Part shown: positions 11,403 through 24,390 of the stretch, one piece after another | Layout of the letters: each line of letters starts with the position of its first letter | Numbering within the stretch: position 1 is the stretch's first letter | From: Octopus sinensis | Lineage: Eukaryota | DNA: 64,000 nt | Reading direction: 5' to 3' | Assembly: GCF_006345805.1 (NCBI RefSeq) | Contig: NC_043000.1 | Coordinates: forward strand, 86,118,001 to 86,182,000 | The notes under the pieces: generated by a model | Databases searched by the model: none | Seen by the model: only the letters and a program-made list of their open reading frames with translations | Told to the model about the DNA's origin: nothing | Program-made: the position numbers and the translations under genes

Positions 11403-11567
11403 CTATAACCTCACTTTTTTTTCTCCCCAAAAAGAAAAGCTCTACTTTGTAATTTGTCCTGTCTGTGTTCAGCCCTGTGTGGCTAATAAAGAAAGAAACA
11501 TATCTATCTATCTGTCTGTCTATCTATCTATCAATCTATCTGTCAGTCTGTCTGTCTGTCTATCTAT

Positions 11568-11631
<64 letters not shown>

Positions 11632-11638
11632 TTATCTA

Positions 11639-11699
<61 letters not shown>

Positions 11700-11750
11700 T
11701 AATTTATCTATCTATCTGTCTGTCTATTTAAATACGTGTGTGTGTGTGTG
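11090..11750. repeat. Compound microsatellite block: (CT)n, (CA)n, (TG)n, (TA)n, long (TATC/TGTC)n
   Basis: Direct reading; accounts for the LSIY/YLSI ORFs. Confidence 0.95.
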
Positions 11751-12340
11751 TTTGTATGCGTTTGTTGTGCTCACATCAACACATTATGTGTACTTCACAG
11801 ATAATTTACATGTAACAAATATTTTGCTAACCTTATCAATATTATATTTGCTTAAGGTAACAATTTATCGTCTAATGCTGTTTTATTTAGTAATCAGTCA
11901 TTAAGCAAAACACTTCAGTGAAATATTACTTAACCACTGCCAATTATATCTCATTTTTCCCTACAATGTCTGCAGAATGAAAAACAGAAAGTCATAATCA
12001 TATATGTATGTGACATTAAATTAATTATAGTCAGTATTGTTGGAAAACCTAAGAATTTAGAACAGATGTTTCTTAATTTATCAGCTAACATTAATCACTT
12101 CTCAATAGTAATTATGTTAAGTCTTTTACATCCTGATTATTAGCAGCATGAACATTATTATCCTAATTAGGAACTTAATGTTGATAAATTTTTCATGGTT
12201 GAATAAGTTAAGCTGAGTCAGTTTGTCAACTTCCTTCAAATTTACTCTATTCTTAAATTCTATATCACCTACATTGCAACCCTCATTCAAGTAGATGAAA
12301 TTTTAGTAATTTCCCATTTTTCATTAGTCACTGAATCAAT

Positions 12341-12345
<5 letters not shown>

Positions 12346-12427
<82 letters not shown>
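12346..12427. repeat. (GA)n microsatellite
   Basis: Direct reading. Confidence 0.95.
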
Positions 12428-12431
<4 letters not shown>

Positions 12432-13930
12432 GTATCTTTAGCTATGCACTAGTTAAATAAATGAGTACACAAATCTCTCATTCTTTTCCCAGTGGAATGC
12501 AGATCAGGCTGCATCTTTCTCTTTCTCTTTGAGTAGAACTCAGCTAGAGCAGTAACAAATGGAATCTACTATTTTTCAAGTACTTTTAATATAAGATGTA
12601 TTTCAGTTACATGTGACATTGGTTTGTTGTATCTCTATTTACCAGGTTACAAACCACACATCTACTGAGTCTGTAACTTTTATCTTGTCATATTTACCAC
12701 CTACACTACATGTGACTCTCACCCTAAAAAAAAAAAATCATTTCACGAACACATACACAATATTTCAACAAGTGCTTTTACATTTAACTCAAAACTTTGT
12801 GTTTATGAATGTTATTATTAAAAATTGTTACTTTTTTCCATATGAATTACAGTACTATTCAGACCTATAATTATGGTTTCTAATTTAGGCAAATTTGAGT
12901 GAGTGGAGTTAGCCAATACTATCAACCCCACTGTGCTTAATTGGAACTTTATTTTAACAACCTTGGGAGGATGAAAAGCAAAGTTGAACTCAGCAGGATT
13001 TGAACTCTGACCATAAATTCAAACCTGTAATTATGAACTTTTAGAAGTGAACACCTGCCAATTAATCTCATTGACTTATAGTATCACTTAGGCCTACTTT
13101 TCTGCTAATAATTAAAGATAAAAGAAAAATGATTTATTATTGCTATTTCTCACATCTACAAGTTCTTCCTAATGACACTTTCCATTTTCTATGGTTTTGT
13201 CCTTCCTTTAACACCTAGTGTTATGTTTTTCACATTTACTCAATCTTAATATTGTCAAATCAGTGTTTTCTGCTTTCATAGAAATATTGAAAATGAATTT
13301 AAAGCTGATTTGAAACAGTTTATGTAATTAATTGATAATTAATTGGAAGTTCTGGTATTTAGAATAATTTTGACAGTTTAAAATATTTATTGAAGTCTAG
13401 GAGTTAAATTTTCACTGCTGACCTTTCCTAGAAAGATTACAAAAGAACATAAAATGGCATAGAGCACTAAAACAAAAAAAGAAGCAAAATTGAGACTGAT
13501 CACATTGAAACTGAGTGACTAAGTACACACACACACACACACACACACATACATATGGTATTTAAATAGAAGAGATATGAATATTAAAGATTAGCAAAAC
13601 CATCTCGAAGGTTTAATAGATTTTCAACATTTGTTGGAAGTAATTCTTGAGAGAGAAGTATAGTACCATAATTGCCAGACAGTTTCTTGACAGAAACAAT
13701 ATAGGTCAGAAATTAACAATCCATATGAACTTAATTTAAAACTAACATGATTCATTAGTTAAGATAATTAACAGTATAACTGTTCAGAAACAATGTAATT
13801 GATAGTTCAGGATACTAAATTTAAGTAAGATAAAAAAAAAAAGCCACATCAAATATTTTATCTATAAACACATTGACTTTATTCATTCACTATTTTAGAA
13901 AAAAAAAATTCAAAACTGGCTTCTTGCTCA

Positions 13931-14540
13931 ATTAAAAGGGTATTGAATTAAAGAAGTGTTGCACTAAAGGGAGTAGAGTAAAAAGGCATTGAATTAAAAG
14001 GAAGTTGAATAAGGAGGAGCTGAATAAAAGCATTTTGAGTTAAAGGGATTGTTGCATTAAAGGGGCATTGCATTAAAGGGGTGTTGAATTAAAGGGGCAT
14101 TGCATTAAAGGGGTGTTGAATTAAAGGGGCATTGAATAAGGTGTTGAAAAGAGGAGGTGTTGAATTAAAGGGGTGTTGCATTAAAGGAATATTGAATTAA
14201 CAGGGTGTTGAATTAACAGGGTATTGAAAGGAGGTATTGAATAAAGGGGTGTTGAATTAAAGGGGTGTTGCATAAAAGGAATATTGAATTAATAGGGTGT
14301 TGAATAGAGAGGTGTTGAATAAATAGGTGTTGAATTAAAGAGGTGTTAAATTAAAGGGTTGTTGTATTAAAGGGATATTGAATTAACTGGGTGTGCAATT
14401 AACAGGGAAGGGGGTTGAATAAAGTGGTGTTGAATTAACATGGCTAACATAGGCTGGTGAGTTAAAGGGGTATTGATTTAAAGGAATGTTGAATTAAAAA
14501 GGCATAGAAATAAAGAGGTGTTGAATCAAAGAGGTGTTTA
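13931..14540. repeat. 16-bp minisatellite, consensus TTGAATTAAAGGGGTG, roughly 35 degenerate copies
   Basis: ttgaattaaaggggtg and variants recur throughout; copy number estimated from length. Confidence 0.9.
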
Positions 14541-16913
14541 ATTACTAGTTGAAGGATTAATGGCTCTTACTTTGAAGTCACAATGTCTTTATGTAAATAA
14601 GTGCTTTATGCTAGTTAGGCATTATTAAACCATGAATATATAAATTTCACTTTTGTGAAAATCTATGAGAATATATACCCAACAACTACTTCACTAACTC
14701 GCAACATTGATTTCAAATACTATTAAAGATCTAAACACAGAAACAAGAAGATACTCCATGTTTTAAGGTTGGTGATTGAAGACTGATCTGGAACTATTCA
14801 GCCTTAAATCAGCCTCCAATCATCAGCCTCATTGAATTTGAGCTATGGTTCCAATTTATTCTGTGTGAAAAGATCTCTGGTTTGAAAAGATCTTTCATGC
14901 TCTAAGCTCATCATAAGTAGTTATCTCCTAACAAGGAAGTATTCTATTAAAAACACTCTACATAGATATGATTTCCCCTTATGCTGAATAACAATCCAAA
15001 ACACACTTGTTATATAATATAATGTAATACAATCTAATGAAGTGGAGATCTAAGAATAATTGTTTATGAAAATTAATATAAATCAACATGTTTTAAACTG
15101 AAAGAACTTTTGAAGAGAATAAAACTCAGAATTTATGCTTTGGAAAGTATTTTTACATTCAGGAGGTAAGAATACCTTACATTTGAATATCTGGTTTTCT
15201 GAAAGTGATATTGAATAACAAATTTCCCAAAGCTTGTTTAAAAATGTTTTCCCTAGTCAATGAATATAAATAGCTTTCCTACAATCTTCAAATAGCAGAT
15301 CTCTTTCTTAGTGGGTGGAGTAAACGTTTTTTTAAGAAATCCAAGAAACATGTAATGTTATTCTGTAAAATAAGATGAAAACACTTTACATCACTTTCCA
15401 AATCTACCACTATTCATTTGTTCTCAGGAAACCAAAATATATTCTTAGCTGGCTTACTTCTATTTCAAAAGTAAGAATATTTTTCCAGTGACTTGATCTA
15501 TTTTGATTTTCATAGTTTGGTCAGTTCTACTTTATAATTAAATTATCAATAAATTTCATTTTGTGACACAATGTTTTCTTTTTGGTGAACATTTCTGTGT
15601 ACTAAACTGGTTCCTACAGAGTTAGTGAAACAATAGTAAAGTGATACTTCCACAGAGAATAGCTAACATACTTGTTTGTTTGACCAGAGAATAATGTTAG
15701 TTAACCATAAATATTATTTTGTAATTACTGTATTTAAGCCTGATGCAGCTAACTTTGATGTTGAAAACATAGGAACCAATCAAATCCATCTTTTAGTTAT
15801 TTATATGTACAATCACTACCCTTTTTTAATAAAATTATCAATAAACCTTTCCTATATAACTTGAATACTTTGAAACACTTCAATCTGGTTTTCTGATTAT
15901 GTTTAAAGGAGAAAGATTTAAGCCAGCAAAGCATTAAAAAGCCTGATTGATATTTTGCATGCTTTAATATTCAGGAATATTACGAGAGAAAAATCTTTTG
16001 AGTTCAATGAATACAAATATATTTAACACTGAGTCCATAGGTTTTGCTTCCTACTTAAGTTTATTTCACTAGTTTTATTAGATAACTATCAGTGTACAAT
16101 ATAACAAGTTGTTAATGTCCTTGAAACCAAAATTCTCTCAAAAAACACATCCATTTAAAATAAAACATGTCCCAGATACACGTTATCCTAGATACATTAT
16201 ATTTGAAAGAAAAAGCATAGGAGAGGTATGGTTGAAAGACTTTTGAACATAGATCTGCTCAATCAGAGTTGATCTAGAGTGAACAACAGCAATATCAACA
16301 ATAGCACCACTACCTATGCAACTACATCATCATTTCACTATTACCAATTCACTACTATAACCACCACCACCACCACCACCACCACCACCACTCAGAGAGA
16401 CACACATTCACACCATTCTGAACTCTAAGACCAGTCCCAAAAACCACTGAACCATGACAGTTTCAGTCTACCAAATCCACTCACAAAGCCATGGTCAGCT
16501 TGGAGACTAGAGCAAGAGACACTCGCTGAAGGTGCTGCTATAGTGAGACTCAAACTAAAACCACATGGTTCAGAAATATGAATGTTTTAGGCAATGTTAC
16601 CTGTCAGTTTTGCTCATGAATCAGGTAATTTTGTGGCAACCTAAGACTGCACTCATTAGAGTAACTAGTATGGAAAGTATGGTGATGGTTCTTTAGCACT
16701 GGTGGGCAGTAAGTGTCACATCAAGTTTATGGGTTCTGTGAAAAAAAACATAATGAACCTGTGATAGTAGTAAAATGCTGTTGCCATACTTTCCATACCA
16801 GCCACTTTGGCAAGCACAGTCTTAGGTAATCACCTAATTATCTAATTCATGTGTGAAACTGATTGGCAAGGTCAGCTGAAATGGATCTATAATACAATAT
16901 AATATAAAGATTA

Positions 16914-17841
16914 ATATATATATATATATGCTGGTGCAGCCATAACTGGATGCTTAAGAAAATCACTTCTCAATCTTGTGGTTTGCTTACTTCCCCACTG
17001 TCATACCTTGGACAGCCATAGAACCAGAATCAGCATTGTTTCAGCATGCTTAAAGCCCAAGGATATTAAATTCCATGGTACCACCACTCTTGTTGTGACA
17101 GTGATGCTGAATATCATGGTATTATGTGTGCTTGAGAAGAAAACCTATCAAGCCAAGTAAAATCACAGTTGTGGCAGACACTGGCGTCATGCAAATGGCA
17201 CCCATCTAGGTGGCAAATAATAACATCCATTACACTCTCAGAGTGGTTGGAGTTTGGAAGGGCATCCAGCTGTAGAAATCATGCCAAACCAGATTGGAGT
17301 CTGGTGCAGCCTTTCAGCTTGTCAACCCTGGTCAAACTGTCCATCGCATGCCAGCATGGACAATGGATATTAAATGATGATGATGATGATGATGATGATG
17401 TGTATGTGTGAGTGTGTGAGTATGTATGTGTGTGTGTGTGCATGTGTGTGTACGTGCATGTGTGTATATGTTTTTACATTCTCCAACAATCACTCAATCA
17501 AGTGTGATTGTTGGAGGAAGGAAACAAACACAGAGCCAAGAGTGGTGACACTGCTGTCATTTCATTTGTCAACCAGTTATCTGCTGGATTACTGCCTTTG
17601 AAGATGTGTAGAATAAGAGATTCCTTACTTGACTTACTCAAGAAACGTGTGTGGGGAGGGGGTAGTGAAAGGAAGGGTATCTAGCTGTAAAACAATGCTT
17701 TAACAAGCTAGTATGGCTTAGATAAAAATAATCTAACTTGTGTTCACATGAAGAAATATATACATACATACATATATATGTTGTGTGTGTGTGTATATAT
17801 ATATATATGTGTGTGTGTGTGGTGTGTGTGTGTGTGTGTGT

Positions 17842-17887
<46 letters not shown>

Positions 17888-18747
17888 ATATATATATGCT
17901 GGTGCAGCCATAACTGGATGCTTAAGAAAATCACTTCTCAATCTTGTGGTTTGCTTACTTCCCCACTGTCATACCTTGGACAGCCATAGAACCAGAATCA
18001 GCATTGTTTCAGCATGCTTAAAGCCCAAGGATATTAAATTCCATGGTACCACCACTCTTGTTGTGACAGTGATGCTGAATATCATGGTATTATGTGTGCT
18101 TGAGAAGAAAACCTATCAAGCCAAGTAAAATCACAGTTGTGGCAGACACTGGCGTCATGCAAATGGCACCCATCTAGGTGGCAAATAATAACATCCATTA
18201 CACTCTCAGAGTGGTTGGAGTTTGGAAGGGCATCCAGCTGTAGAAATCATGCCAAACCAGATTGGAGTCTGGTGCAGCCTTTCAGCTTGTCAACCCTGGT
18301 CAAACTGTCCATCGCATGCCAGCATGGACAATGGATATTAAATGATGATGATGATGATGATGATGATGATGTGTATGTGTGAGTGTGTGAGTATGTATGT
18401 GTGTGTGTGCATGTGTGTGTACGTGCATGTGTGTATATGTTTTTACATTCTCCAACAATCACTCAATCAAGTGTGATTGTTGGAGGAAGGAAACAAACAC
18501 AGAGCCAAGAGTGGTGACACTGCTGTCATTTCATTTGTCAACCAGTTATCTGCTGGATTACTGCCTTTGAAGATGTGTAGAATAAGAGATTCCTTACTTG
18601 ACTTACTCAAGAAACGTGTGTGGGGAGGGGGTAGTGAAAGGAAGGGTATCTAGCTGTAAAACAATGCTTTAACAAGCTAGTATGGCTTAGATAAAAATAA
18701 TCTAACTTGTGTTCACATGAAGAAATATATACATACATACATATATA

Positions 18748-18832
<85 letters not shown>

Positions 18833-18847
18833 TATATTATATTATAT
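16914..18847 (+). repeat. Near-identical tandem duplication, unit 968 bp
   Basis: gctggtgcagccataactgg starts at 16930 and 17898. The ORF track gives the same peptides in both units. The differences I found are microsatellite lengths. Confidence 0.95.
16930..17400 (+). mobile_element. SINE family C, diverged near full length (duplicated at 17898-18371)
   Basis: Degenerate tRNA-like head; gaagggcatccagctgtagaaatcatgccaaacc...ccagcatggacaatggatattaaa(tga)n tail. Confidence 0.75.
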
Positions 18848-19196
18848 GTAGAATAAGTGTTCGTGATAAGTTACAAAATTTCTTGTATTTCTAATGAGGG
18901 ATGTCTTCATTTACACATTTCCATCACTTCACTATCTGCATTGTTTTCTTTAGCAGATAGCACTGCTGTATGCTAAATCTACCATATCAATCTTTCTATA
19001 GGTACTCTTTTAATGTTGCAAACAGCTTAATTCTAAAATTCCTAAACAAAAAAATTTGCCATTCCTTGGAAATATTTTAACAATAACTTACTTCAATACT
19101 GATTAAAAGTCATTAGATTAATACCAATTCTCATCCCATGAGATTCTACAGAGAAATATCTCAACAGTTAATTCATTTGTAGATTATTTAGCTACA

Positions 19197-19227
<31 letters not shown>

Positions 19228-19600
19228 TGTGCATGTATGTATACATACATGTGTGGGTTTGGGTGTAGATGTGTATTATACACTCATAAACAACAATGTG
19301 AAGTGAAACTAGAAAATAACAAGTAATTTAGAATTATATATATATATTGTGTATATGTATATATATATATTTATTTGTCTATATGTATATACATGTATGT
19401 ATGTATAGTATACTGCACATTCTCTTAACTGCTTGACTAATACATTTCTCCAGCAATGACTTGGCTAATACAGAGTAGAATATTTAAGCAGTGTTATGGT
19501 TTAATAGTAATTCCATTCATTGGCAGAACATCAACAATTTGTGGGCAAGGAGTTGAGTCAGTTGAAATGACTCCAGTCAATGCAATGCTTGAAACTTATT

Positions 19601-19663
<63 letters not shown>

Positions 19664-20085
19664 AAGAGAGAGAGGAGGGGAGAGAGGAAAAGTAAAATGA
19701 CCTCAGCAGGATCTGAACTCAGAACATGAGTATCAGAGTAAGTGCTGGCAAGCATTTAGTCATGTGCTCTATTGTTTCTGCCAATACACAAATCATCATC
19801 ATCATCGTCATCATTGCTGTTGTTGTCACTGCTGGAATTTGTCACTGTTGTTGTGATCACCCCTTCCATCATCATTACTATCATTATAATTTTACATCCA
19901 CTGTCCATGCTAGCATGGATTGGACAGATTGTCAAGATCCTAGTAATTTCTTATTGTGAGCTTCTACTCTGAAAAGCTGGTGCTCATATGTGTCTTTGGT
20001 TTAGTTTCTTCAGATAGATGTTCCTCCTATTGCCAACCACTTTACAGAATGTTTACAGAATGTACTGGGTGCAGTACATTCTGTA

Positions 20086-20318
20086 AAGGCAGCGAGTTGG
20101 CAGAAATGTTAGCATGCTGGGCGAAATGCTTAGTGATATTTTGTCTGCCGTTACGTTTTGAGTTCAAATTCCGCCGAGGTCGACTTTGACTTTCATCCTT
20201 TCAGGGTCGATAAATTAAGTACCAGTTACACACTGCGGTCGATGTAATCGACTTAATCCCTTAGTCTGTCCTTGTTTGTCCCCTCTATGTTTAGCCCCTT
20301 GTGGCCAATAAAGAAATA
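20086..20318 (+). mobile_element. SINE family B, young full-length copy inserted in a family C copy
   Basis: aaggcagcgagttggcagaaatgttagc...gttcaaattccgccgaggtcgac...aataaagaaata; imperfect 17-bp TSD 20057-20073 / 20319-20335. Confidence 0.9.
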
Positions 20319-20529
20319 AGAATGTATTGGGAGCATTTTCTTGTGGCACCACCAGAGTACTCAGTAACCCAAGGCTTATAGACTGAGGAGGGAAATAGGA
20401 GAGGGATTAACGACAGTAGAAAGGTGAGAAGTATGTAGTTGAAAGGGGTGGCAGGAGTTTAAATGTAGAGAGTACTCAATAGCCTAGGGCATGTACATTT
20501 CCACATGTGACCTAAGATGGGGTATAGAG

Positions 20530-20618
<89 letters not shown>

Positions 20619-21241
20619 TAAGACATCAGAATAGGTGAGCGGTTGGAAGAGCCAAGAGAATGACGGAAAAGTATAATGGGAAGGTAGAGGGATATTTAGG
20701 AATGGAGTTGGTGGAGGAGTGATCGGCAATAGTAGGAATGAACAAAGATAGGGGTAGGTAATGAGATGAAGGTAAGAGTAAGAGATGGTGCTGTCACTTT
20801 GCAAATGATTGGCTGTTTGTGTTTTCTGTCATATTCTAAGGATTGTCAAAAAGACTTTATTAGAGCCAGAGAGAAAAAATATAGAGTGAGTTAACTGAAA
20901 TGACTTAAGAGTTAACTGAATCAAGAATTGAAACTGCATCATATACATTGCTTTCTGGGGGCTTATCACACCTCTATAGTGCAGATTCTAATACTGATTT
21001 CTAGCATAGGCACACAATACTTCAAATTTGAGAAATGAGTATGATTGATTATACCTTAACCAGTTCTTGATTCATATTTTATTTTATCAACACCAGAAAA
21101 ATAAAAGACGAACTCAAGTTCAGCAGAGTAGGTAGGATTTCTACTCAGTACATAAAAGGCTGTGATTAAACACCATGAGGCATCTTGCCTAATGCTTTAA
21201 TGATTCTGCCACTATGTAGATTTGATTTATTTATATGTATG

Positions 21242-21275
<34 letters not shown>

Positions 21276-21339
21276 TGTACCCACACAAACACACATACAT
21301 ATCTTTATGTGTGTATGTGGTGAGTATTTCTCTTTTACT

Positions 21340-21680
21340 CTTTTACTTGTTTTAGTCATTTGACTGCGGCCATGCTGGAGCACCACCTTCAGTTGAGCAA
21401 ATCACCCCCAGGACTTATTTTTTTGAAGCCTAGTATTTATTCTATCAGTCTCTTTTGCCGAACCCCTAAGACAAACACAGACACACAAACATATAAACAC
21501 ACATACATATATATATATACAACGGGCCTCCTTCAGTTTCCGTCTACCAAATCCACTCACAAGGCTTTCGTTGGGTCAAGGCTATAGTAGAAGACACTTG
21601 CACAAGGTGCCATGCAGTGGGAATGAACCTGGAACCATGTGGTTGGTAAGCAAGCTACTTACCACACTGCCACTCCTGCA
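21340..21680 (-). mobile_element. SINE family A
   Basis: cttttacttgttttagtcatttgactgcggccatgctggagcacc...cagtttccgtctaccaaatccactcacaaggc...gaaccatgtggttggtaagcaagctac. Confidence 0.9.
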
Positions 21681-21759
21681 TAATAAGAATTTGCTAAATT
21701 AAGTCAATTCTTTGTAAAAGCAGAAATTAAAATTATTACTGCTAATTATGAGGGTGATA

Positions 21760-22490
21760 ATTGGTTTGAATTTAGGTTCAAGGTCAGCAATTTTGAGGAG
21801 AAGGGCTAGCTGATACCATTGACCTTAGTACCGTAAATCCTCAAGTATAATCCGCATTTTTTCCCCAAAATTTAAAGGTCAAAATCCCTAGTGCGTACTA
21901 TATACAAGGTTAAAAATGAAAATTATTTTCTAAGCAATGTCCAAGTCTCTATTTGCTGTCTGGTAATGTTTATTCAGACGCATTTTGTGATGTCGGGTGT
22001 AAAAATACCTTAAGCTAAGTCTGAAAGCAATGAAGTCATAAAAGAATCATCCATAACTTGCAGTAAGCAACATTTATTAAACGTTATTACTGTTATTTCT
22101 TTATTTTCTGAAAACAAAATGCACAAAAAAGCTACACGTTTGCATTATGTTATATATACAATAATAATAAAGGACATTAGCGTATACAATTTTACAAACC
22201 AAGGACGTTTTATAGACCTCCTTGACTCATGTTAGAGAAGGAGTGTGTATTATACACAAGGGTTAGGTTTTTCAGAGTTACAGCCCCCTAAAAATTCCCT
22301 GCATATTATACTCAAGGGCAGACTATACTTGAGGATTTACAATATATGTCTGATACTTAATTTTATCAGCACTGGAAGAATGAAAGGCAAAGCTGACATC
22401 AGCCAAATTAGAACTCTGAACATAAAGAAGTAAAAAAACTACCACAAGGCAATTTTTTAAATGCTTTAATGATTCTGCCAATCTACAACT
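21760..22490 (-). mobile_element. Old SINE family B copy split by the MITE at 21831-22342
   Basis: Flanks rejoin at gaccttagTA...tgatacttaattttatc...gaatgaaaggcaaagctgac, the family B body in reverse. Confidence 0.65.
21831..22342. mobile_element. 512-bp Tc1/mariner-superfamily MITE (Tc2/pogo-like TIRs)
   Basis: TA|CCGTAAATCCTCAAGTATAATCCGC ... GCAGACTATACTTGAGGATTTACAA|TA; ~25-bp TIR and TA TSD. Confidence 0.85.
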
Positions 22491-22856
22491 CTATAGGGAT
22501 TATGATTATGGTGGATAGGAGTAAAAAAAAAATTGTTGCTGTATGATAAAATATAGTCTGGAATGTTAGATTTTTATGTCTCATGGTACACCAACATATG
22601 TCACTATCTGCTCTTCTATTTCAACTGAATTGTCCCTTTAAAGGTCTGACTGTTAATATCATCAGTTCAAAAGAACTCCGGGTCATTTAAACTGCTCAAA
22701 ATATGTTGATGACATTTCAGTTTGACAATCGTTAACAATGCTGCATTTTAAACAATAATGTCACAATGCTGTTAAAAATGAAAAAGGAAAAGTTTATTTT
22801 GGTACTTGTCATATCAGTATAAACTATTCAAGTTCTGCATCAGTGAAAAATGTGTA

Positions 22857-22992
22857 TAGCTAGAGATTTCACAGCTAGAGTTTACACAGCTAGAGTTTTC
22901 ACAACTAAAGTTTTCATAACCTGAGATTTTTGCAACTAGAGTTTTTCGCAACTAAAGTTTCCACAACTTGAATTTTCATAGCTTGAGCTTTT
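22857..22992. repeat. 16-17-bp minisatellite (agctagagttttcaca), about 8 degenerate copies
   Basis: Direct reading. Confidence 0.8.
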
Positions 22993-23069
22993 TTATATTA
23001 TGTTACGGTGCCATGTGATTCAAGCTGATAGCATAGTTAATGAAATAACCAACCAGGTTATATATAGTA

Positions 23070-23290
23070 ATATTGGTTTCAAATTTTGGTACAAGACCAG
23101 CAATTTCAAGTGAGTGGATAAATCAATTTCATTGACTCTAGGGCTCAACTGGTACTTATTTTATCGACCTCAAAAGGACAAAAAGCAAAGTCAACCTTGG
23201 TGGCATTTGAATTCAGAATGTAAGGATGAATGAAATGCTGCTAACCATTTTGCCCAGCCCGGTAATGATTCTGTCAGCTCACTGCCTTAC
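23070..23290 (-). mobile_element. SINE family B variant
   Basis: actggtacttattttatcgacctcaaaagg...atttgaattcagaatg...gtcagctcactgcctta. Confidence 0.8.
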
Positions 23291-24064
23291 GTATATATAC
23301 ATTAATATTAATATATATTAATAACTAGGAAGTATCTTATAAAAAGCATCTCAACAAGTTAATATCTAAAATATTTCTTTTGAAGTCTACCTTAATTATA
23401 CAGCTTATATCTAGACTTTTCATTTTCTAGGCTTAGTTAATAGTTTGAACTTGTTTAGCTACATAAAATTTTAAGAGATGGGAGAGATATACCTGGGTGA
23501 TATGATAGCCATTAAGAGCTTTTCATAAGCAACATTCATTGAGCCTTCATTCAAGTAGGTAGGTGCTCACTTTTGTAAAATTTGAGTCACATAATTTACA
23601 TATTTTGTTAATTTGATATTTAAATTGTCTAATATTGATTTTCTTTCAAAGTAAGTTAAAGGAGTTAGGTGGAGTAGCATATATGATTTATCATGGACCT
23701 TCCATATCATTGAGATTAATGTTGTTTGTGCTTAGTTTAGACATTTCAAGGTTTGATTTTTGCAAAGAAAAACTTGGGTAAGCAGAGAATTCTGGAATGT
23801 TACTATTTTGGAAAAGAAGTATTCAGTACAAAATCTGAAAAGTGGAGACAGGAGAAAGGTAAACAGGTGGATTGGATGAGTGGGTGGTATGTAACTAGTT
23901 CAGAGATGCAGAGGCCATCAAAGCAGCATTAGAAGAGGAAGCAAGAAGAGAATATACACATGTGAGGTAGAATTGAAGTGAATCAAAGAGAAAATTTTGG
24001 TTATCATTTGATTATGGTTGAGGATGTTTGTTGCATAGTAGCATCACTTTTATTTGACCCATTT

Positions 24065-24390
24065 CAATCTTTGAACAGTAGCCATCCTGGAGCATCAACT
24101 TGAAGGGTTTGGTCAATGAAATTAAGCTCAGTACTTATTTTGAGTCTGGTACTTATTCTATCAGTTTTCTTTTGTGGAGCTGCTAAGTTATAAACCATAA
24201 ACAACCCAACAAGCAGCGAGAAACCAACATAAAGACATATGCACACACATGGACCCCACCACCACACAAAACAAACCTTTACCAAATTCATTCACATGGT
24301 ATTTATTGACTTTCAGTCATAGTTGAAGAAACTTGCCAAGGTATTACACAGTGGGATTGAACACCAAACCATGTGGTGTGAAGTGATCTT
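24065..24390 (-). mobile_element. SINE family A, diverged
   Basis: ggtacttattctatcagttt...gccaaggtattacacagtgggattgaacaccaaaccatgtgg. Confidence 0.7.

Noticed and set aside
11001-11904. Multiple 65-141 aa ORFs (YIYI, CVCV, LSIY)
   Set aside because: Translations of microsatellites; the same applies to ORFs near 17638-18128, 39441-39921, 56587-56809 and 63077-63347.
13931-14540. Interstitial telomere
   Set aside because: The unit is 16 bp and contains TTAAAGGGG, not tandem TTAGGG.
22570-22767. Very strong minus-strand acceptor (cttttcctttttcatttttaacag)
   Set aside because: All three frames stop within about 12 codons; no coding support.
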